Part shown: piece by piece, positions 13,020-24,383 of the stretch
Layout: each line of letters begins with the position of its first letter
How positions within the stretch are numbered: the first letter of the stretch is position 1
NCBI GenBank assembly: GCA_951406725.2
Contig: OX597832.1
Location: 68,820,001-68,884,000 of the forward strand
Source: Octopus vulgaris
Lineage: Eukaryota
DNA: 64,000 nt
Direction: 5' to 3'
Notes under the pieces: generated by a model
The model's input: the letters and a program-made list of their open reading frames with translations, nothing else
Databases searched by the model: none
What the model was told of the DNA's origin: nothing
Made by a program: the position numbers and the translations under genes

Positions 13020-14230
13020 GTCCGCTGTCAGCCTCGTCTGGCACCCGTGCCGGTGATAGGTAAAAGCACCATTCGCTCATGGCCGTTTGCCAGCTCTGCC
13101 TGGCACCGTGTCGGTGGCACGTAAAAGCACCATCCGTTCGTGTTCGTTGCCAGCCTCGCCTGGCCCCGTGCCGGTGACACGTAAAAGCACCGTCCATTCG
13201 TGGCCGTTGGCCAGCTCTGTCTGGCCCCGTGTCGGTGGCACGTAAAAGCACCATCCGTTCGTGGCCGTTTGCCAGCTCTGTCTGGCCCCGTGTCGGTGGC
13301 ACGTAAAAGCACCATCCGTCCGTGTCCGTTGCCAGCCTCGGCTGGCCCCCGTGCCGGTGACACGTAAAAGCACCGTCCGCTCGTGGCCGTTTGCCAGCTC
13401 TGTCTGGCAACCGTGTCGGTGGCACGTAAAAGCACCATCCGTTCGCGTCCGTTGCCAGCCTCGCCTGGCCCCGTGCCGGTGATAGGTAAAAGCACCATTC
13501 GCTCATGGCCGTTTGCCAGCTCTGCCTGGCACCGTGTCGGTGGCACGTAAAAGCACCATCCGTTCGTGTTCGTTGCCAGCCTCGCCTGGCCCCCGTGCAG
13601 GTGACACGTAAAAGCACCGTCCATTCGTGGCCGTTCGCCAGCTCTGTCTGGCCCCGTGTCGGTGGCACGTAAAAGCACCATCCGTTCGTGGCCGTTTGCC
13701 AGCTCTGTCTGGCCCCGTGTCGGTGGCACGTAAAAGCACCATCCGTCCGTGTCCGTTGCCAGCCTCGGCTGGCCCCCGTGCCGGTGACACGTAAAAGCAC
13801 CGTCCGCTCGTGGCCGTTTGCCAGCTCTGTCTGGCAACCGTGTCGGTGGCACGTAAAAGCACCATCCGTTCGCGTCCGTTGCCAGCCTCGGCTGGCCCCC
13901 GTGCCGGTGACACATAAAAGCACCATCCGTTCGTGGCCGTTTGCCAGCTCTGTCTGGCCCCGTGTCGGTGGCACGTAAAAGCACCATCCGTCCGTGTCCG
14001 TTGCCAGCCTCGGCTGGCCCCCGTGCCGGTGACACATATAAGCACCGTCCGCTCGTGGCCGTTTGCCAGCTCTGCCTGGCAACCGTTTCGGTGGCACGTA
14101 AAAGCACCATCTGTTCGAGTCCGTTGCCAGCATCGCCTGGCCCCGTGCCGGTGACACGTAAGAGCACCATCCGTTCGTGGCCGTTCGCCAGCTCTGTCTG
14201 GCACCTGTGCAGGTGGCACGTAAAAACACC
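13020..14230 (+). repeat. Tandem array of 20 x ~61-bp monomers in the LINE 3' UTR
   Basis: The core GTGYCGGTGRCACGTAAAAGCACC recurs at 60-62-bp spacing (TAAAAG anchor from 13061 to 14221). Confidence 0.97.
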
Positions 14231-14451
14231 CACTACACTCGCGGAGTGGTTGGCGTTAGGAAGGGCATCCAGCCATAGAAACACTGCCAGATCTGACTGG
14301 GCCTGACGAAGCCTTCCAGCTTCACAGACCCCAGTTGACCCGTCCAACCCATGCTAGCATGGAAAGCGGACGCTAAACGATGATGATAAACGATGATGAT
14401 GTACGTATATATATATATATGTATGTGTATATATATATATATATGTATGTA

Positions 14452-15221
14452 TGTGAATAAAGGAAATTATATGACCTTGGTGAGTGTGTATGCTCCAACT
14501 ATGTGCTATACTGATGACAAAAAACTTTCTTTCTACCATGCTTTGAAGGGTATTATAAGAAATATCCCTCGGGCAGACAAAGTCATTGTACTGGGTGACT
14601 TTAATGCTAGAATGGACATATGGACTGTAATTGGAAAGCATGGGATGGGAAAGTGTAATAGTAATGGCATGCTTTTGCTGCAGATGTGTGAGGAGCTGTG
14701 TCTGTGTGTTACCAATACCATGTTTCAACAAAAGAATAAGCTTAAGACTACATGGATGCACCCTGCATCTAAAGAATGGCATATTCTGGATTACATCCTA
14801 GTTAGGGTGCATGACAGACAGGATGTACAGTGTGTTCATGTTCTTCGTGGAGCTGAGTGTTGGACTGACCACCGCCTATTACGCGCAAAAGTGAAATTAG
14901 TCACAATACATAAAATCCGAGCTGCAGGGATTACCCTGCCTAAAAGACTGAATGTTGATTGTCTTAGGTGTAATAGTGTGAAGAGAACTTTACAAGAGGA
15001 AGTGAATGCTGCAGATTTTGGGGAGGATTGGCCGATCCTTAAAAAGTCAGTTTATGATATAGGCAAGAAAGTTCTGGGATTGATACAAAGAAAGCATCAA
15101 GATTGGTTTAAAGAAAATGATGAACATATAGATGATTTATTGGCTGATAAAATACGTACTTTGTCATGCTATTTGTCAGCAAAGTCACAGGAAAGGGAAG
15201 TGTTGCATAGGGAACTCAAGG
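14452..15221 (+). mobile_element. Fragment of a second LINE family (AP-endonuclease region, RTE-like)
   Basis: SVYAPT, VLGDFNAR, NSNGMLLL, TWMHPASKEWHILDYILV, TDHRLL. Bounded by (TA)n tracts on both sides. Confidence 0.88.
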
Positions 15222-15252
<31 letters not shown>

Positions 15253-15256
15253 TATG

Positions 15257-15300
<44 letters not shown>

Positions 15301-15321
15301 TCTATATACATATATATGTAT

Positions 15322-15516
15322 AGGGAGAGTTTACGAAAAATCAAAAGACGAAGACAGGTGGTGTAGAAAACAAACAGATGTATTAGTATAACACTCAGAA
15401 ATAGAAAAAGTCTTTTACGTTTTGAGCCTACACTCTTCTACAGAAAAGGACACAGAAAAAACAAGGAGAGAAACAAAGAGAGAAAAAAATATGTGTAGTG
15501 GCTAACGATCTATCAT
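15322..15516 (-). mobile_element. Short repeat fragment carrying a hammerhead-like motif (probably Penelope-derived)
   Basis: Non-microsatellite island between (TA)n tracts. The minus strand reads CTTTT-CTGTAGA-A-GAGTGTAGGCTC-AAAA-CG-TA-AAAG. Confidence 0.4.
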
Positions 15517-15531
15517 GTGTATAAATATATG

Positions 15532-15577
<46 letters not shown>

Positions 15578-16066
15578 CATACATATATATATATGTGTAT
15601 ACAGTTGTGTAAATGCATATATATGAATGTATTCATATATGTACAGATGTACATAGGAATACATAGATGTAATTTGCATCATCATCGTGATTTAAATGTC
15701 CAATTCCTAATGCTTGTTTCGGTTGACTGGAGTCTATTGAGGCTTGCCCTTCCTGCCAGATCCTTACCCATTTCCATGCAAGGTAATACTTCCTGTGCCC
15801 CACATGTTTTCAGAGATTATTAGCCCCATAAACGACAGTGATACTCATTTGCAACACTTCATTTGTTGTCAAGATAAGGGGACACAAACATACACACACA
15901 AATACATGATTGGCTTTTTACAGTTTCCATCTATCAGATCCACTCACAGGATATTGGTTGGCATGAAACTTTAATAGCAAACTCTTTCAGAGGATGTCAC
16001 ACTGTGGAACTGAATCCAAAACCATGAGGTTGCAAAGCAAACTTCAGCCCCTTTCCCCTAATATAT

Positions 16067-16275
16067 ATGACAAGGTGCTAAATAGTTCATGGCTTTGAGT
16101 AAAGGAAAATGTAGGGGGATCAGTTAATTATGGTTTTATTCAACATATTCCCCTCTCAAATTCACAAGCTTGGTCCTTCAGATTGTTTAAGCCCTGTAAA
16201 AGAACTCAGAAGGTTTGGCTTCCAACTAGACCTTTCACAATCCCCTTAAAGCCAGGAATTTTTCAGCACTCCACT
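16067..16275. mobile_element. Mariner-type MITE
   Basis: Imperfect TIRs GTGCTAAATAGTTCATGGCTTT ... AAAGCCAGGAATTTTTCAGCAC, adjacent to TA. Confidence 0.6.
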
Positions 16276-17344
16276 CCCAACCCGTATAATCAACAACTTC
16301 ATTCCCATCATTAACCATTACATTTAAACAGCAGCTGGTTAGCATCAACATAATGAATTGTTGCTTAAATTCACTCTTAAAGCATCTACTCTTTCTCTCC
16401 CAATATTCAGAGATCTGATCTCACTACTTCATCACATACAGTGTTCACCATTTGTATATTATGTCATTTAGATCAAAGTTTGTCTTTTTCTTCAGCATTT
16501 GTATCTTACCTTCATAGCATTGTTAAGCCACCTTCAGTACATCAGCTGATGTCTTTACAACCAATATTGAACACTGCTCAGAAAGATACTATAAGCTGCA
16601 TCTAACAGTATGCTATGTACGTAATTAACCCATCATTCAAAACTTTGCTTTTACCATAGATGGTGGGAAGAAACCTTCAAAACCACTTATCTCAGCTGAA
16701 TTATGAGCTCCCATACAAAATTTAAACAGGACTGTTATTAAATATTTAATCCATGTAACACTACCGTATATTAGAGTATTTTATCAAACTAATATCATCC
16801 TTTTAATCTTGCTCTTTGTGCCAATAATATTTTTGTATGATTCAGAAAAAATGAATTTAGTGTTAGATGTGTAATATTCTTTCCTATAATTTTTATTGGA
16901 TTATTGATACCATTAATAGAACGGACACTTCTTAAAGCATGGGATTAATTCAATTCATACTTTTGTTGATTTTACTGATATTTGTCTTGATTTAGGTGTG
17001 AAGATTGTTCTGAGTTCAGCTTTGCCAAGATCATCACTCTAAGTTCAATCAAATATGATGCCAGGCAAGTGGCGGGAGCAATAATATTGACTAAGCAACT
17101 ACACCTCAAAATTTCTCACCTTATGCTTAAATTAGAAACAATTATTATTATGAGTTTTTTCTTCTTCCTTCAATTTTCTTTCCATTTTTGACAATTTTCT
17201 TACTGATATCTAAGCCAAAAGAAACTCTTTGTATACATCGATAGACCAGTCGAATAAACACATCTGATTGTTCATTTACAAAATCCAATAAAGTTATGTA
17301 GAGAAAAAAACACTATTTGAATGAATGATAAACATTCTCACAGC

Positions 17345-18095
17345 AACAATGCTCTTCTTAATAGGTGTGACATCCCATTGAGGACAATCTTTTGAACTTC
17401 TTGCAAGGATGGTAAACCAGGGATCATTTTCAAATAATTTTCACTTCCTTATTTCATCATTCCAAGTGATCCTAATTACTGGTATTCTAATTTCCCTGAG
17501 ATGTCGCATTTTTTGTGATTTCAATGAGCAAATCTTCATATTTTCTCAGCTTATCAAATTCTTTTGCCCCAACAATTAACGCATGCTAATTTAGTTAGCA
17601 GATATTAAAATATCTTGATGTTTGGTGACAATAAGTTTCCTCAAATCATAAGAACCAAAGGTCAACAATGACAGTTTCAATTCCATTCTCTTTCAGTCTT
17701 TTAAATAGGATTTTGGGTGTGGTGCCAAGTGAACCAATTACTACAGAAACAATTGTTGCTTGGAACTTTCAGTCTCAGCACTTGGGATGGATCCTGATAT
17801 TGCTCAATTTTTTTTTCCATTTCTTTATCTTTGACTCTGCTATTATAAGGAATTGCAAAATCTGTGATCTTATACTCTTTGTTTATTTTGTTTTCTGCAA
17901 TCATGCCTGGTCTTCTGACACAAAATAGTATGGTCAGTCTTTATAGGGAAGTCACACAAATTCTTGTAATCCTCATTTTCTATCACAGCCTCTGGTCCAT
18001 GTTCATACAACTTATCTGTTGCTTTCAAGCCACAGACGTGGCCAACATCCCAATACACTCTTTTACCTTCACACACTCATGTCTGCCCAATATCA
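17345..18095 (-). mobile_element. Decayed R4/Dong-like (restriction-like endonuclease) non-LTR fragments
   Basis: Frameshifted LYEHGPEAVIENEDYKNLCDFPIKTDH, ITDFAIPYNSRVKDKEMEKK and IGSLG motifs typical of the RLE C-terminus. Confidence 0.7.
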
Positions 18096-18338
18096 TCGAA
18101 GTAGTGAGCTGGCCAAATTGTTAACACATTGGAAAAAATACTTAGCAGCATGTCTTCTAGATCGTTATGTTGTGAGTTCAAATTCTGGAAAGGTTATCTT
18201 TGCTAGTCACCCTTTCAGGATCAATAATATAAACACCAGTTGACAGGGGTCAATGTAATCAACAATACGCTCCGCACACAAAAAAAAAAACAAAAACTTC
18301 AGGCCTTTTACATATAGTAGAAAAGATTATTATTATTA

Positions 18339-18387
<49 letters not shown>

Positions 18388-18389
<2 letters not shown>

Positions 18390-18682
18390 GAAAACTCACA
18401 GCTTATTTTACTGGGGATGATGGAAAGTGTCAGCTGCCCTCAGCCAGCAGACTAAGGTGATACTTGTGTACTGGTCATGATTCAAGAACCCTATGAAGAA
18501 TTCTTACAGTTCCAAGGAATGGGGATTTTTGTAGGTGTTCTACCTTCTCACTTGCAGCAATGTTTTCCAGCTATGTTGATAGCTGACTGCTGATACTTCC
18601 AAGTGACCCAATTACTATTGCTATCTCCTCTACTCTCCTCATTGACCACAACCTTCATGTTTCCCACTTCAAATTATTGTAT
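18388..18682 (-). mobile_element. 3' fragment of an R4/Dong-like LINE flanked by (ATT)n
   Basis: The minus strand encodes VIGSLGSIS...EHLQKSPFLGTVRILHRVLE. (TAA)n-type tracts lie on both sides. Confidence 0.7.
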
Positions 18683-19349
18683 TATCATTATTATCATTAT
18701 TATTATCATTATTATTATTACTAAAGCAGTGAGCTGGCAGAATTGTTAGTACACAGAGTGAAATGTTTAGCAGTAATTCATCTGCCGCTATGTTCTGAGT
18801 TCAAATTCTGCCAAAGTCGACTTTGCTTTTCATCCTTTCAGGGTCAATAAATCAAGTACCAGTTGAGTACTGGAATCGATGTCATCAACTGTCTCCCTCC
18901 CCACAAAATGCATCCCTTGTGCCCACAGTAGAAAGGATCATCATCATCATCATCATCATCATCATTATTATCATCATCATCCTCATCAACATTATTATTA
19001 TCATCATCATCAGCATCATCATTATTACTATTATTATCATCTTTGTTAGATATATCTATGATTGCAAGCATGTTTATGATTAGCAAAGACTAGAATCTTT
19101 TAAAAGCTTTGTTCTTTGCAACGTGTAAGCCCCACCAGAATTAAATATGTATATTCTGTGAATCATCTTTCTTGTTCCTTCAGTTGAATTTCAAACTTCT
19201 AATCGCACCAAATATTATGTAGAAATGATTAACTCCCTTATACTAACTGGTGACCAGGGAACAGTGTGCATCTGTATGTACATATATATCAAAGTGTGCA
19301 TTTGCATGCATATATATGACAATTCATCAATATGCTCATGTACGTATAC

Positions 19350-19771
19350 TCTTTTACCCTTTTACTTGTTTCAGTCATTTGACTGCAGCCATGCTGGAGT
19401 ACCGCCTTTAGTCAAATCAAATTGACCCCTGGACTTATTCTTTGTAAGCCTAGTACTTATTCTATTGGTCTCTTTTGCCGAACTGCTAAGTTACGGGGGA
19501 CCTAAACATACCAGCATCGGTTGTCAAGCGATTTGGTGGTGGTGGTGGGGGGAGACAAACACAGATCCACAACATATACACATACATACATATATATATA
19601 CATATATACGACAGGCTTCTTTCAGTTTCCGTCTACCAAATCCACTCACATGGCTTTGGTCGGCCTGAGGCTATAGTAGAAGACACTTGCCCAAGGTGCC
19701 ATGCAGTGGGACTGAAACCGGAACCATGTGGTTCGTAAGCAAGCTACTTACCATACAGCCACTCCTGTGCC
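19350..19771 (-). mobile_element. tRNA-derived SINE, family B (full length)
   Basis: Minus-strand head GGCACAGGAGTGGCTGTATGGTAAG...GGTTCCGGTTTCAGTCCC has A/B-box-like motifs. Homologous copy at 61705-62068; fragments at ~3135, ~15910, ~29560, ~36670 and ~58750. Confidence 0.8.
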
Positions 19772-20278
19772 TAAATATATGTAAAAATATTATATATGAT
19801 CATATCTATACATCTATATATACATATATACACACAAGCACGCACGCACACACACGCGTGCACAAAGTATGGTACTTACATTTTTTCCCTCTATCTCTCT
19901 ATTACTCATCAATATTACTCATCTTCTATTACTCATCTTTGTTAAATATTCCTCTCTTTCTCGCTCTCTATGACTAAGATTCAATCACAAAAACAGCAAC
20001 GCATGAATAGCAACAATGATGATGATGATGGTATTTCTAATAATAATGTTAACAGTGATGGCATTGTTAAATAATAGATTTTTGTGTATTATAGCTAATA
20101 TGATATTATAAGTTCAAATTATACACCGTAATTCTCTTCGTTAATTTCTTTAACTTCATAAAAAGATGTTTCTAATTTGATGGTGCCTACAATAGAATCA
20201 AGATAAATATATGTCTAGTTTCTTGTGTAGGTGAAAACAGACAAATATGTTCATTTCTTTCTTTCACCCACCTCTCTC

Positions 20279-20323
<45 letters not shown>

Positions 20324-21163
20324 ACACACACACACACCTTGCAGCAGACATGTATGTATAGTTAAGAAGCTTGCTTTAGAACAGTGTCATTATTGTTTCA
20401 GTCTCAGAACATGAACGTTGTTGGCTAAGAGTCTGTACGATACCTTGGCAAACAACTTAAAGTGAAATTGGTTGAGAGAAAGGGCAGAAATTATTGATAT
20501 CTATTTATCTGTACCTGTGTATATGTGTGTCTCTAATGTGTATGAGTGAGTTTGTATTTCTCCTCATCTTTATGTGTGATCACTAACTGTAAGGAAACAA
20601 CATCTTCTCTATCAATACAGTTGGTGTCATTTGCTTGAAGTCAGCCACGGAGACATGCCCAGGCTTCTTCACACATTGTGCAGGCCTTTTGAATAAAAAA
20701 GCTTGATTAATTAGTGCTGTTTGCTTCCTGTTTACTGAATAAATAAGTCTAGGCTGTTCAGAAGACAAACAGATAATTATCTTGGTTAGAAACAGGTGAG
20801 AATTGGCAACAAAAAAGGCATCCAACTGTGAAAATCTACCTCATTAAATACAGTCTCATACAAGCATAGAAGAGTGGACATTAAAACGATAATAGGAATG
20901 GACTGAAAGCAGCCAGGCAGAATGTTTGTTCTCTCCAATTAGATCTTTCATTGATCACTCTCCTACACCACCAAGAATCTCTCCTCCACCACCAAGTACC
21001 TCTCCTCCACCATCATACAGCTCTCTCTTCCCGCCAATCACTAAATCTGCCCAATGCTCTTACAGCTACATGCTACATCTCCGAGAAATCCCGTTAGTTG
21101 TAAACAAGTAGTTATGCCTAACACTTCAACTATATCATACACACAGACACACAACACCACACA

Positions 21164-21219
<56 letters not shown>

Positions 21220-21221
<2 letters not shown>

Positions 21222-21398
21222 GGGAGGAGGATTTGAAAATGCAGAGGTCTTTTAAAGATGTTTTTTGACTTGACTGGTTTCACTTTTTTTAAAAAACGAT
21301 TTTCAAAGGTAAAGTGCAAGGCTTTGTGTAGCCTTTGTGGTGTTAAAGCTTAGTTAACATCTTTAAAAGACCTCTGCATTTTAAAATCTTCTTCCCTA
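21220..21398. mobile_element. MITE with ~42-bp TIRs, TA-flanked (Tc1/mariner-type)
   Basis: AGGGAGGAGGATTTGAAAATGCAGAGGTCTTTTAAAGATGTT ... AACATCTTTAAAAGACCTCTGCATTTTAAAATCTTCTTCCCT. Confidence 0.8.
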
Positions 21399-21435
21399 TA
21401 TATTTCCACTCTTGTGGCACCTTCAAATTTTACTT

Positions 21436-21497
<62 letters not shown>

Positions 21498-21499
<2 letters not shown>

Positions 21500-24185
21500 T
21501 CATCATCATCATCATCATTTAACATCTGCTTTCCGTGCTAGTATGGGTTGCACAATGTTGACTGAAGGCTGGCAAACCAGATGGCTGCACCAGGCTCGAG
21601 TCTTGATCTGGCAGAGTTTCTACAGCTGGATGCTCTTCCTAACGCCAACCACTCCGAGAGTGTAATGGGTGCTTTTTACGTGTCACCGCCATGGGGGCCA
21701 GTCAGCTGGTACAGGAAGAGACCTCACTCGAATCTTTTTACACGTGCCACCAGAACAGGTGCCAGTAAGGCAATGCTGGTAACGATCACGCTTGAATGGT
21801 GCCCTTTTATGTGCCACAGGTAAGGAAGCCAGTTGGCTGCTCTGGCACTGATCATGCTCCGATGGTGTTCTTGGCACCCTACTAGCACAGGTATAAGTGC
21901 CAGTAAGGCGACACTGGTAACGATCATACTCGAATAGCCGCTTTGTCAATGATCACACTCGTGTGGTGCTCTTTGCACCCCGCTAGTACGGATGCCAGTC
22001 ATGGAAATGATTTTGATTTTGATTTCACTTGCTTCAACAGGTCTTCGCAAGCAAAGTTTAGTGACCAAAGAAGGAAAAGGTACGCATAAGCGGGCTGGTT
22101 ATGCTCCTGGCATAGGTCACAGGTTAAGGTCTCATCTGGCTTGCCGGGTCTTCTCGAGCATAGCATATTTCCAAAAGTCTCGGTCGCTAGTCATTTCTTT
22201 GGAGAGGCCTTATGTTCAAAGGTCATGCTTCACCACTTCATCCCAGGTCTTCCTGGGTCTACCTCTTCCACAGGTTCCCTCACTCCGCTAGGGTGTGGCA
22301 CTTTCTCACACAGTTATCCTCATCCATTCTCACCACATGACCATACCAGCACAGTCGTCTCTCTTGCACACTACATCTAATGCTTCTTAGGTCCAACTAT
22401 TCTCTCAAGGTACTTACACACTGTTGAGTATGCACACTGACATTACACATCCATCGAATGATACTGGCTTCATTCCTTGCAAGCTTATGCATATCCTCAG
22501 CAGTCACAGCCCATGTTTCACTGCCGTACAGCATGGCTGTTCATACACATGCATCATACAGTCTACCTTTTACTCTGAGCGAGAGGCCCTTTGTCTCAAG
22601 CAGAGGTAAGAGCTCTCTGAACTTTGCCCAAGCTTTTCTTATACTAGCAGCTACAGTTTCAGTGCACCCTCCTCTGCTACTGACATGGTCACCTAGGTAA
22701 CGGAAGCTATCAACTACTTCTAGTTTTTCTCCCTGGCATGTGGCGGAAGTTGCTCTCTGCGCATTTTCAGTGTTTATCGCTCCCGAGCATCTGCCACATA
22801 CAGAACCTATCTTCCCAGTTAGCCTTCCTTTGATATTACTGCACCTCTTATGTGTCCATAGCTTACACTGGGTACATCTTATAGAGTTTCTACCTACCAC
22901 TCTACAACAGATCGTGAAGGGCCATCTACCTGAAGGGATTTGTGGTTTGCCTGCCTTCCTACTTATTAGGAATTTGGTTTTAGCTAGGTTGACTCTAAGG
23001 CCCTTCGATTCTAATCCTTGTTTCCACACTTGAAGCTTCTTCTCTAGTTCTGATAGTGACTCAGCAATTAGAGCAAGGGCGTCAGCACAGAGGGAGCTCC
23101 CAGGGGCATCCTGTCTTGAATTCCTCCATTAATGCCTGGAGGACTATGATAAATAGGAGGGGGCTGAGGACTGAACCTTGGTGGACCTCTACCTCTACCC
23201 GGAATTCTTCACTGTACTCGTTGCCAACCCTCACCTTACTGACAGTGTCCCTGTACATGGCTTGCACAGCTCTCACTAACCATTCATCTATCCCTAGTTT
23301 CCTCATTGACCACCAGATAAGGAATCGGAGGACCCTGTCAAAGGCTTTCTCCATGTCAACGAAAGCCAGGTACAGGGTCATATCTTTGGCTAGGTATTTC
23401 TCCTGCAGCTGTCTCATCAGAAATATGGCATCAGTGGGGCTTTTCCATGGCACGAAACCAAACTGCATCTCATCCAATTTGACTCTCCCCCTAATCAGTT
23501 GGGCCTGGGGCTTTCCCAGTCTTCATGCTTCTAATTGCCTTAACTACCAAGGAACTGTCAACTCAGATAGCTGGTCCCTCTGTTGGGTCAACATTCGGTA
23601 GACTCTCTTTATCCCATTCATTTTCTTTATTCAGCAACCTTTCATAGTGGCGTCTCAAAACCTCTCTCTTTGCATCCTCATTTAGCACAAGTGAACTGTC
23701 ATCCATGCGAACACATTTCTCTCCTACCACATCACTCTTACACACTGTCTTCCAACACGAAATACCTCAAGTCTTTCATCCTCATGGCGCAGAACATTGG
23801 CAATTTTTTTCTTATCTGCTTCCTCTCTGACTAAATAAACCTGCCGCCTAGCTTCCCTTCTGGCAGTCTGATACGCTTCCCTGCTACCACCGTTTTTCCA
23901 GTCCTTCCAAGCCTGTTTCTTTTGTCTAATAGCCCTGTCAACAATATTGTTCCACCACCACGTTATTTTGGGTCAAGAGGGGACTTTGCACCATCCACAG
24001 ATCTGGTCGGTGGCCCTTAGCAGGTTGTCCTGTAGGAACCTCCAGTTGTCTTCTACCCCATGTGAAGCTATTTCCCCTTCTATTTCGTCAAAGACTTTGA
24101 GTAATATGTCTCTGAAACTGTCCACTTGCGGGATCTTTAAGTCTCCAGACCATTCTTCTCTTTGCTGGTCATCTTCTGGGCATCC
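21498..24185 (-). mobile_element. Truncated, frameshifted copy of the RTE-PHD LINE family
   Basis: ORF pieces closely match the 9832-12960 protein (e.g. DMEKAFDRV, QGSVLSPLLF). It has a (CAT)n tail at 21498, a degenerate 3' array at ~21670-21990 and a ~230-bp internal deletion near 23500. Confidence 0.93.
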
Positions 24186-24200
24186 ATATGTATGTATATG

Positions 24201-24265
<65 letters not shown>

Positions 24266-24314
24266 ATGTATACATATGTATATATGTATATATATGTATA
24301 AATGTATATATTTG

Positions 24315-24363
<49 letters not shown>

Positions 24364-24383
24364 ATATATGTATATGCATATAT

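Larger units (their letters stand above)
9216..14400 (+). mobile_element. Near full-length RTE-clade non-LTR retrotransposon (LINE)
   Basis: ~600-bp 5' region after a (TA)n tract, a single APE-RT ORF, and a 3' UTR ending GGACGCTAAAC(GAT)n followed by (TA)n. The 5' boundary is approximate. Confidence 0.92.

Noticed and set aside
13020-14230. CRISPR array
   Set aside because: The spacers are near-identical rather than unique, there are no cas genes, the context is eukaryotic, and the array is part of a LINE 3' UTR.
12985-14347. Long overlapping minus-strand ORFs (414, 439 and 238 aa) over the array
   Set aside because: They arise because the GC-rich 61-bp monomer has few stops on that strand. 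The peptides cycle through all three frames of the repeat and show no domain.
14393-15391. 332-aa ORF as a host gene or LINE ORF2 partner
   Set aside because: A LINE endonuclease fragment extended at both ends by stop-free (TA)n sequence.
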